The notes under the pieces are model-generated. The model was not told the DNA's origin. It was given only the letters and a program-made list of their open reading frames with translations, and made no database searches. Made by a program: the position numbers and the translations under genes. DNA of 38,569 nucleotides from Thraustochytrium aureum (Eukaryota), in contig BLSG01000333.1 in the NCBI GenBank assembly GCA_012862495.1, positions 30,187 through 68,755 on the forward strand, given 5' to 3'. This document shows, piece after piece, positions 21,347-31,621 of this stretch. Positions within the stretch are counted from its first letter, which is position 1. Each line of letters opens with the position of its first letter.

Positions 21347-22110
21347 TCAGGACGGAGCTGCCTGGCGTGCCGCCCATGCGGTGCGAACCGCCTCGTACAC
21401 GGCCTTGAGGGGCGCACTTGACGCCTGCGCGGCAGCGCGGCATTGCTCAAACTCCGGGCTCGAGGTGAGCACGGCGCCGGCATCGTCCAAACCGAGCTTG
21501 ATGTCAATTGCCCCAAACTGCGTCTCGACACGGTCGACACGGCGCGCCAAAGCCACGCGGCCAACCTCGCTGCGCCGGATCCCTAATGTGGAGCTCTCGG
21601 CGAACAGGATCCTTCGCGCAGCCTGCTCCGTTTCAGCGGCGCACAGCACGCTGATCTGAAGACCTGGCCGGTTCTTCTTCATTTGGATGCTTGTGAACCA
21701 GACATCGAGCGCTGCGCGCTCGGAGAGGAGGCGCTCCATGACAAAGCCAGCCAGCTCTGGGGTCATGTCGTCGACGTTGGTCTCGAGCTGTACGAGCGAG
21801 TGGAACTCGCCGTCGAGGTACGCCAGCACACTGGGCGCGGCAGACCCGCCGCCCGTGGGAATGGTGCCGAGAATCACGCGGCAAACGTTGGGATACTCGG
21901 CTGGGTCCCGCGTTCCCGCGCCCATGCCAACGCCAGTGATGCGCCACCCCGACCGAGGGAAGCAGGCCACGTCCTCAGGCGAGACGAGCGCCCGAAGCAG
22001 GCTGGCGGCCGTAGGCGTCACGAGCTCGCCGCGCATCACGGCCGGCGCCTGGTGGCTCACTAGGTGGCCCGCCACAAGCCGAAGCGTCGCTGGGGCGGGG
22101 ACCGGCAGGA
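21347..22110 (-). CDS. larC: LarC, nickel-pincer nucleotide cofactor biosynthesis Ni insertase; 5' part in gap
   Basis: LPVPAPATL, GELVTPT, GMGAGTRD..PNVCRV, LETNVDDMTPE, ALDVW..IQMKKNRPG, ESSTLGIR and PEFEQC..AA form the ordered LarC (DUF111) motif series. Confidence 0.92.
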
Positions 22111-22870
22111 NNNNNNNNNNNNNNNNNNNNNNNNNNNNNNNNNNNNNNNNNNNNNNNNNNNNNNNNNNNNNNNNNNNNNNNNNNNNNNNNNNNNNNNNNN
22201 NNNNNNNNNNNNNNNNNNNNNNNNNNNNNNNNNNNNNNNNNNNNNNNNNNNNNNNNNNNNNNNNNNNNNNNNNNNNNNNNNNNNNNNNNNNNNNNNNNNN
22301 NNNNNNNNNNNNNNNNNNNNNNNNNNNNNNNNNNNNNNNNNNNNNNNNNNNNNNNNNNNNNNNNNNNNNNNNNNNNNNNNNNNNNNNNNNNNNNNNNNNN
22401 NNNNNNNNNNNNNNNNNNNNNNNNNNNNNNNNNNNNNNNNNNNNNNNNNNNNNNNNNNNNNNNNNNNNNNNNNNNNNNNNNNNNNNNNNNNNNNNNNNNN
22501 NNNNNNNNNNNNNNNNNNNNNNNNNNNNNNNNNNNNNNNNNNNNNNNNNNNNNNNNNNNNNNNNNNNNNNNNNNNNNNNNNNNNNNNNNNNNNNNNNNNN
22601 NNNNNNNNNNNNNNNNNNNNNNNNNNNNNNNNNNNNNNNNNNNNNNNNNNNNNNNNNNNNNNNNNNNNNNNNNNNNNNNNNNNNNNNNNNNNNNNNNNNN
22701 NNNNNNNNNNNNNNNNNNNNNNNNNNNNNNNNNNNNNNNNNNNNNNNNNNNNNNNNNNNNNNNNNNNNNNNNNNNNNNNNNNNNNNNNNNNNNNNNNNNN
22801 NNNNNNNNNNNNNNNNNNNNNNNNNNNNNNNNNNNNNNNNNNNNNNNNNNNNNNNNNNNNNNNNNNNNNN

Positions 22871-25267
22871 TGTTGCTACCGGTGAGTTTCCAATCGAGTT
22901 GTCCGCCGTGTCGTCGTTTTCTGCAGCCGTCTTGGACGCAAACGTATCGGGGAGCGACGTCCCCATCGCCACAAATGTGATGGCTGTCAGCGTCGGCGGC
23001 AAACCAAGGAGACAGCCAAAGGTTTTCGCAATGTCGCTGCACAGCATCGTAAGCAAGCCGATGAGGACCAACGACACGAAGAACGAAAGGTACCCCGAAC
23101 AGTAGCTTGTTGGTGGCACGATCGTGAAGATCACCTTCCAGGCAAACGATGCAATGTGCAACACGCAGTCAAGCACACTCGGGTCCTCGCCGTCTTCTCC
23201 CTGCACTGTGAGCGCGTCCTTGAGTTGCTCGAACCAGCTCCCTGAACCCACGTTGCCCTGCTCAAGGTGGGCCTGCATGAGCTCGGAGACGCGGTCGACA
23301 GTGTGCTTGTAGTTCTCGTCGGAGGTGATCGTTACTGAAAGCACGCGGTGCTCCCCGTACGCGCAGCCGTTGTCAGGGAAGCCGCGAATCTCAAACTCGA
23401 CTCCAAAGGTGAGCTCCTTGTCGTAGCTCTTGTCGTCTATCAGGCCGATAGAGAAGGAGGCCTCGTTGACGCCGTTTTGGAAAATAAGAGTACCTGTCGA
23501 CTCGTAGTACTCGGAGTCCTTCTTGGCGGAGGCGTCCTTTGTGCGGTACACAATGGTGACGGCGCCGTCAACGCCGCCTGAGCGGCGCACAACGCATTTG
23601 GCAACCTGCTCGGACTCTCGCACGACAAGAGCGCCTTCTGGAAAGCTGAACGTTCCCGGGTGGTCATCGTCAATGATGGTCACCTCGGCCGTTGTGAACT
23701 CGGCGTTCTCGAGATCGGCGTTGTGGTCCGTCCCCTTGGTGCTCAGCAGCACGTAGAATGTCTCGTCCGGCTCGAACGTGTTGTCGTCGATGATCTCGAC
23801 TTTGATCGACTTTTCCGTCTCGCCGGCTTGAAACACGAGCTTGCCGTCGGTGTGCACAAAGTCTTCCGAGCCGCGCGCCGTGCCTGACCGCGTCTCAAAG
23901 TAAACGGTCGTCACCTTGCCCAACTCGAGCGCAGTGCCAGAACGGATTACTGGGAGCGTGATGCTGCCGTCGTTCTCGTTGACTGCGTAAGCGTACGCAG
24001 AAAACCCGACGCGGGGGATGCCCGGTTGCAGATGCTGCGCGTGCTCTTTGGAGGACCTGCTCTTTGCACTGCCCACTTGGCTGAATCTCTGTACCGTGTG
24101 CTTCCTGATAAGGTTGATTTTCTTTTGGATGACGCCGCGACCCCCCGCGAGCTTTCGGCGCGCATCGATGCGGTACTTGAGAGCACTGTTCTTGCCGTTC
24201 TGCAACATGCCTTGCGCAGCTAGTCGGGCCATTTCCTCCTCGCCGAGCCCCTCCGGGAGCTGCTGCAAAAGGTTTGCCACCATTTCCTTTTCCCGCGCCT
24301 CGACGGTGATGAGCCTGTCTGAGGAGCCCGATCCGCCGCCATTGCTCCGGCGGCGCAAGTGCTTGTGGTTTTCTCCGTCGACGGCAACTACGTGGCCCTC
24401 AGGCTTGACCTTGCTCATGCCCTCCGTGCGGCAGAGGCCCCACCAGCCCTTGTTCTGCGCGTAGCTGACGAAGACGAGCAGGGGGAAGAGAGCGAGTGTG
24501 ATGAACGCTTCAACGAGGTTGACCTTGTTGTCTTTGAGCACGATCCACATCCAGAGATACGCGAACACGGAAAAGGTCGAGGTGATAATGAAGACGCCAT
24601 ACCCCTCAATCGACCGCTTTTCACCGTTCTTAAGCGCCATGATGCACACAGCTGAGATGCCCAGCAGGTTAAACGCTGCAGAGCCCACAATAGTGCCCGG
24701 CCCTAGCCCGTCCTCTGGTTCCTTGTCCAGCGTGCCCACTGTCTCCACGACGGAGAGGAGGATCTCCGGCGCGGAGCTGCCCAGCGCCATGAGCGTGAGG
24801 TTTGCGACAGTCTCGTCCCACACGAGAACTTTGCGCTCTTCCGACTCGCCGTCCTCGTTTTCAACGATGACGATGCGCTCTTTTGATGTGATGACCTCGA
24901 TACTTGCCATAAAGTGGTCGCTGATGATTGCCACACCGAGGAACACCCAGACCAAGAGCGCAAAGTACACCACTGTGCGCGCCGGCGTGCTCCAAAGCGG
25001 CTCACTCGCGAACACCGGGAGGAAGTAATCTCCTTGGCACTGTTCGTCGTCGGACTCGCGTTGCGCAAAGAGGAGGTTGCCCTTGGAATATGGCACGTAT
25101 GTAAGGTCATTGCAGGCCGCTTGGGGGTTTTCAGCGTCGCAAAGGGCCATCGTGGTCTCGTTAAATGGTTGCGGGTTCACCACTACAGCGACTGACGGGC
25201 GCGCCAGGTCTGCAACGACCAAAGCCAAGACCCCGGCAAGCGTGGTTTGCCTTGCCACGCGAACCAT
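22871..25267 (-). CDS. NCX: Na+/Ca2+ exchanger (NCX/SLC8 type) with signal peptide and two Calx-beta domains; 3' end in gap
   Basis: Alpha-1 repeat ETVANLTLMALGSSAPEILLS and GPGTIVGSAAFNL; Calx-beta motifs GKLVFQAGETEKSIKVEIIDDNTFEPDETF and VTIIDDD; alpha-2 repeat ITFVAMGTSLPDTFASK. SIGN(V)TGSN has a 1-nt loss near 22887. Confidence 0.95.
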
Positions 25268-26956
25268 TTCTGCCTGGCGTCGAAGAGCCGACTGCGTTCA
25301 GCGAACGCTGACCAACAGGCCACCGCCCCGCGAGAGTGCCTCCACGCAAAGACCCTCGGCCGGTCGGCAAGGTCTGTCCTTGTTCTGGTTGGCTGTAGGT
25401 TCTGGGTGGGTCTTGGCGTTGACCGCGACCGCGCTTGGCCCCGCCAAGGCACCTTGCCTGCTCACCAGGCCCGCTTGCTCTGCGTGCGCACGCCGAGTCC
25501 CGAGCGCGAGGCGCAGGCTACTCTAGGCCGTGGAGGCCGGGGGCTGCGCGCTCAGTCAGGTCAGGTCACTGCCGCCAAGGCCTGCTCGAAGATGCCAACG
25601 AGCAAAACCTGTGCGAAAGCAGCTCGCAAGGAAGCAAGCACGCCTGCCTGAGGCAGTGCCGCTTGCCGGGCTCTCTGTGGCGGGGCATGTGTTCGTTGGG
25701 TCTCTCTGCCAGACCTTGGGCCAGCAAACAAGCGCCTAGGTGGCAGGTGTCGGTTGGGCGCTCGACGTTTTTTAACTTTTTCTCCCTTTGTCTTGCCCAT
25801 TTTACAGCCTCACACGGCATGGACCGCTCGCGCTCACAATTATGAAAAGGCTCCCAGCTCGCCCCAGCTCGCCCCGGCCACCGCCAGCTCGGCTTGCTCT
25901 CTTACGTCGGCTCGTTGAGCGTGGGTTGCCTGATCAACGTTGTACAAAAAATAGAGTGGCCGTTTCGCGAAACGGACAGATCACGCCGACGTCCAGCTCG
26001 CTATTCCTTCAACGGTACCGCGGCGCGCGGCAGCTCTATTTTTGGTAAGTACGCTTCGGTTGGCTCACATGTATCGTGGCGCTGCAGGCTGACTCGGATG
26101 GTTGACTGCGCACCGATTTGGCGACCGGCGATCGGCTGCCTCGAGGGGGTTGCACCGTGCTTCTGACGAAAGCGTCGTTGAACGAGCCGCCGCCGCCCTG
26201 CAATTGCGTACTGAAGAGGGCCGGCCACCCGCAGCGGTAGAGGTAACCCGTACAATTCCCACACAATCCGGCCCGGTGCTTGCATGGGATGACCAGCATC
26301 GACGGGCAACTGTATCGACCGGCTAAGCGCGAACCTTGCGCAAGAAAGGAGGATCAAGAAAGGAGGATTGGACCACTCTGGTCGTTGGGTGCTCGCACAA
26401 TTGANNNNNNNNNNNNNNNNNNNNNNNNNNNNNNNNNNNNNNNNNNNNNNNNNNNNNNNNNNNNNNNNNNNNNNNNNNNNNNNNNNNNNNNNNNNNNNNN
26501 NNNNNNNNNNNNNNNNNNNNNNNNNNNNNNNNNNNNNNNNNNNNNNNNNNNNNNNNNNNNNNNNNNNNNNNNNNNNNNNNNNNNNNNNNNNNNACGAGGT
26601 CGCGAAGGAATGAATGGGTGGCCGACCCTTTGCCATTCTCTGCATTGCCCACGAGATTGATGCGACGACTGCGGCCGCCCGTGCATGCCATAACGCGCGT
26701 CAACCAACGCAGTTGAAAACTGTCAATGCGCGCCGAGCAGCTTTGGGTCGTCCAGTTCGCCTCGCAGGGTGGGTGCGTGCGAAGCCGTCCGTCCATGAGT
26801 CTCTTTTGCCAAGAGAAACGAAGAAACGAATCCACGTTCTTCTGAGACTGGCTGGCTGCTCGTCGTTCTCGATTGACTGCTGCTCGTCAGTGGGCGTCGT
26901 TGTTCGTTTCTGTCCTCACCTACTACACTCTACTTTTCGTAGCAGATTCAAATCCG

Positions 26957-27716
26957 ATGACAATGGCGACAGCGCCGGGAGCGCCGGCCGTCGCGGCCAT
27001 CTGCCAAGCGCGCGTTGTTGCGATCATTCGAGTCGGCGCAGGGCCTAGTACGGAGGAGGTGGTGGCGCGCGTAGTGGAGCTCGTGGACGTCGCTGGTTGC
27101 AAAGTGGTGGAGATTACGGCAGACAGCGTCGGTTCGAGCAAGCCCTGGAAAGCGTTGCCAAAGCTGTTGGCGACCGCGCCCTCGTCGGCGCGGGGACACT
27201 CTTGGACCCGGGGATGTCGCCAAGGTCGCCGCGCTTGGCGCCAAATTTGCTTTGTCGCCAGTCAACCCGCCCGGGTTTGTCGAGGCGTGCCGAACGGCGG
27301 GCTTGGTGAGCATGGCGGGCTGCTGCACAGCTCAGGAGGCGTTTGTGGCGGCCAAGCAAGGCGCGGACTTTATCAAGCTCTTCCCGGCGCAGTTGTGGAG
27401 CCCCAGCGCGCTGCGTGCGCTGCGAGGCGTGCGGTTTTTCAAGGAGCTGCGTTACCTTGCTGCCGGTGGAATCGACAAGGCGGCAGCTCGCGAGTGGATC
27501 GATGCTGGCTGCTCGGCGATCGGCATGGGGGCGCTGGTGGTGGGAAAAGACCTTGGGGCAGAGACACGCGCGGATGCGACCGAGGGTCGCGATGCTTGGT
27601 CCGCGAGCGGTCGAGAGCAAGCCCAGACAGTGTTTTCAGAACTTGAGGATCGCACACAGCCTGGACACATCGACCTGTCCCAAAGGAGAGAGGAGGGCCC
27701 CGTACCACTCGGGTAA
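26957..27716 (+). CDS. eda: KDPG/KHG aldolase (Eda family), with two apparent frameshifts (near 27135 and 27225)
   Basis: VVAIIR, VVEIT (catalytic Glu), LVGAGTLL, GAKFALSP, G..T..E..A..GADFIKLFPA (Schiff-base Lys) and AAGGI..AREWI.AG..AIGMG, spread over three frames. Confidence 0.85.
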
Positions 27717-27961
27717 AGGCATGCACGTCTCCTTTGCGCCTGCTTTTGCTCTCTGTAGCCCGCTCGAGGACGGGCCGCCTCGGGAGTGGCAGGGCCAAGA
27801 CTCGAGCCAGCTCCGATCGCAACACCCCGCGGCGCGACACAGAATCAATGCACTTGTACTCTGCGTGCGGCAGGTGCTGAATGACGGCCTTCCGATGCTG
27901 ACCAGCAGGCGTCTGGATACAGACACGCGATTTGCGTCGAGGCGGAATTCGAAAGATATAC

Positions 27962-29256
27962 TTACATTAGATCGGCAACGTTGGCTGGGAGGGGCGGGAT
28001 GCGGATCTTGTAATGCTGCTCAATGCCCCGCAGGACGCGGCGGTCTTCGTCCGTGACAAAGTTGATCGCGATCCCCTTGCGGCCAAAGCGACCAGAACGT
28101 CCGATGCGGTGCAGGTACAGCTCGCGGTCCGTTGGAAGGTCAAAGCAGATGACAAGCGAGACCTGCTGCACGTCAATGCCGCGCCCCCACAGATCGGTGG
28201 AAATGAGCACGCGGCTCGCCCCAGAGCGGAACTCGTTCATGGTCGCGTCGCGGTCCTTCTGGTCCATCTCGCCGTGCATGGCTGTGACCGTGAAGCCGGC
28301 GGTTCGCATCTCCTTGAGAGCCAGTCCACCTTTTTGCGCGTGTTGCAAAAAATGACGGCTTGCGTAATGGTGAGCATGTCGTACAGATCGCAGAGCGTGT
28401 CAAACTTCCACTCCTCCTTCTCGACGTCTACGTGGAACTGCTTGATGCCCTCCAGGGTGAGCTCGTCGCGCTTGACGAGGACGCAGACAGGGTTGTTGGT
28501 CATTTTGCGGGCCATGCGAAGCACCTCCGGCGGCATGGTCGCGCTGATGAGCACCACCTGCACCGCGCTGGGCATGAACCGATAAATGTCGTAGATTTGC
28601 TCGAGCGAGCCGCGCTGCAGCAGCTCGTCCGCCTCATCGATCACGAACTGGCGCACCGTCCCCGTCCGGAGATTTTGGCGCTTGATCAGGTCGAAGATCC
28701 GGCCCGGCGTTCCAGACACGACTTGCACGCCGGCCTCGAGCTCGCGGATGTCCTCCCCAATCTTCTTGCCGCCGATGCACGCATGGCACTGGATGTTGGT
28801 GGCAGAGCCGAGGGCCTTGAGCACGCTGTGCGTCTGCTCGGCTAGCTCTCTCGTCGGCGAGAGGATGACCGCCTGCGTGTTCCGCTCTTTGTTGTTGACG
28901 ACTTGGAGAACGCCGATGCAAAAGACGCCGGTTTTCCCTGTCCCGCTCTGGCTCTGAGCGATCAAGTCGCGCCCCGTGACGATGGGCACAATGGCGCGCT
29001 GCTGGATCGCCGACGGCTTTTCAAACCCAAAGGCGTAAATTCCCCGGAGCAGCGACTCCTTGAGCCCCATGCTGTCGAACGACCGGAACGCCTTGACGGC
29101 CTCGCTTTCGCTAATCTCTGTTGCGGCCACATCCTGAAGCACCGCGACGCGCCGGGCACGCTTCCCCGCGTCGTCTCGCTCCGCCGCCTCCCGCGGCCTC
29201 TTCTTCCCGGGGCTGGCGTCCTCGCGGCCGCTGGAGCTCGGCCGGCGTTTTTCCAT
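27962..29256 (-). CDS. EIF4A3: DEAD-box helicase eIF4A-III-like (exon junction complex core), with a 1-nt frameshift near 28316
   Basis: Q motif [82 protein letters not shown] and [13 protein letters not shown]. Confidence 0.9.
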
Positions 29257-29795
29257 GGCGGCTGGCCAATCCCAGCCAGCCCGGCCTCGTCCGAACAGAC
29301 CAAAGCCGCGCAGACCAAGCCGCACAGCTGGAGCACGGGCCTCCGCAGCGGACGCCGGACTGCAGCTGACCGGGCGGCCCTGCTCTGCTCGCCCGCGCGC
29401 GCTCGCTCTCTGGCACTGCCGCGCTCACCCAAAAGCGTTTCGCAAAGCACTGAACGCGACGAACAACAACGAACGAAATGAACCTAACGAGCCTAGTACC
29501 TAAAGAGCATGGAGAACATAGAGAACAAAGGAATAAAGCGAGCAACGGTCAAGCGAGATTGATTTTCAAGAAAAGGGAGGAGCAGGCTCGGCAGATTCGT
29601 GGTGCCGTGAACTCGCATGGCGAGATTCCGACTTTGGTGAAGATGCATCTCGCGAGCGGCAGCGGCAAGCGATCGAGCGTCACGCACGGTGCCGGCAAGC
29701 CGACCTGGTCAAGGCCTCTCTCTAGTAGTAGCTTGCTGGTAGTAGTAGAGGTCACTCTGGAGAGTAGAGAGCTAGGTAGCTGCTTACCCAACGAG

Positions 29796-29845
29796 TCAAG
29801 CGACCTGCTTGACTTTGTAATCGAGTTCCTCTTTGTCGCTCTTGG
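29796..29845 (-). CDS. Possible 3' end of a small gene whose body lies in gap 29846-30042
   Basis: A short frame KSDKEELDYKVKQVA-stop emerges from the gap with coding-like codon use. No family was recognised. Confidence 0.2.
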
Positions 29846-31621
29846 NNNNNNNNNNNNNNNNNNNNNNNNNNNNNNNNNNNNNNNNNNNNNNNNNNNNNNN
29901 NNNNNNNNNNNNNNNNNNNNNNNNNNNNNNNNNNNNNNNNNNNNNNNNNNNNNNNNNNNNNNNNNNNNNNNNNNNNNNNNNNNNNNNNNNNNNNNNNNNN
30001 NNNNNNNNNNNNNNNNNNNNNNNNNNNNNNNNNNNNNNNNNNCGCCGCAAGGCCAGGACCCTCCTGTTATTTCATTTCGCGAAGGCTGACGATTGGTTGG
30101 ACCCCAGCGGCGCGTGGAGCCAGGGGCTGCGGAAGTCAGGCAAAGGGAACGAGTAGATTCACGGTCGCCGTCGGAATCAACGCTGCGTTGTCGCACACAC
30201 GCACGTAACGGCCACGCACCAGTGGTGGTGTGCTGCGCTGTGCTTGCCAGTGCTCGCTTGCTCGCTTGCTCTTCCTCAGGCCCCGTATCCTTGAGCTAAG
30301 CGCCGAGTAGCGCCGGTGGCACTGGCGGACAGAGCTCCCTCAGCTGTCGTCATGCTCGGGAGCAAGCAAGAGTGCCGCTCGCCTTGCTCTGGCGGGCGGG
30401 CCCATGGTTGGAGGCTGGCTGCGGCCGACGGGCACAACCCACACATTCCACGCGGGAGCAGGGCGAAAACCTGTTCGAATCTGCCACTGCATACCTACCG
30501 CACGCAATTTCCTGGCGGAGTCTGCAACAGCACCAAACAGGATCGGCTTGTGTTTGCTCGTCCACTTTCGTTTGTGTCCATGGCCCTGCAAGTGCACGCC
30601 CGACCCAGCCAGCCTCCTATTCATTGACATGAGCATTGACTTGCAAATTGAAAAAAGAAATGCAACGCAATGCACCGTTTGTCCTGTCCAAACGCTCTTG
30701 ATCAATGTGCACTTCAATCAAATGCACGACATAAGAGCTGGAAGCTCTGCGCGGTAGAGCAAGTATTGAAATAAGTTGAAATAAGTTTAGGCATCCCTTT
30801 TCGTACCAGCCACGCAGGCAGAAGATTCGAAGCGACTGTCGTGAGGCGGAAACGCCTCACAGCCCAGCGCCCCGCATGTGACGCGACGGCAGAGGCGCGC
30901 CCTGCCAGCTCGCCAGCCAGCCAGCCACTGGCAGCCAGTCACCGCGCCCGCAGCCGTGACGTACAGCACGCTCGTCGCTTGCCACTGCGCTGGCGTTCGA
31001 ACGCGCAAGATTCCTCCTTCCCCTAACTCGCCCTCGGCACCCGCTTCCTCACATGCAAGTGGACGGTGCTTGCTTGCAGGCCCTTGTTGTCTATGTTGTG
31101 CAAGCCCTTCTGCCTTCCTCTCCGCGAGCGACACGTGAGAAGACCGCGCGTCCGACTCGCGAGTAACTCACGGCCTGGCAGGGCTGCCTGGCTGTCGGGC
31201 TGTAGTAGAGTACCTGCGCTGCAGCTCATCAGTTTGTGGTTTGTGGCTGCACATGCTTGCTGCGGAGAAGCTGCACGCGAGATGCAGTTTCGGCCGCCCC
31301 GGCGCGGAGAGGGTCCAAGGCGCTTCTGCGAATGAAGCCCCTCCACTTTCCGACGCTACCCGCTGCTGCTGGTCGAGCTCGTGCGCGCGTGGGAGAGCGC
31401 TCAGCTTCTTCCTCGTTCTTGCAAAGGCGAAACGAAAGGGCGAAGTGAGATGGATGTGTGTGTAGAGAGCATGAAGGCAACACCAGAACAGCAGACATCT
31501 CAAACGACTGTTCCGGAGAGCCCAGTCACCATTTGTCGCTGGAGTTTTGTGGCGTCGAAACAGCACGGTCGTTCACTGCAGGAGAGCTTGACGTGCATAC
31601 CGGGCTGCGCACCGAGGCCAG

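Noticed and set aside
21347..25267. Apparent 1306-aa NCX-LarC fusion in the ORF track
   Set aside because: The ORF is continuous only because it runs through 760 Ns, and NCX has already shifted frame near 22887. The missing NCX C-terminus plus the LarC N-terminus would roughly fill the gap, so the genes are close or the gap is underestimated. A fusion is unsupported until the gap is closed.
25300..26900. Short ORFs between NCX and the aldolase, and likewise at 30043-31600
   Set aside because: They show no coding-like composition or motifs. Both regions are treated as intergenic or promoter sequence.
30766..30786. TTGAAATAAG direct duplication in an AT-rich patch upstream of the GPCR
   Set aside because: Only two 10-bp copies, too short to assign a function.
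31132..31137. CACGTG (Pho4-type E-box) about 490 nt upstream of the PstS-GPCR, tempting to link to the twin-bHLH factor
   Set aside because: A single 6-mer is expected by chance. The same hexamer occurs near 37867 and 38562 in unrelated contexts.
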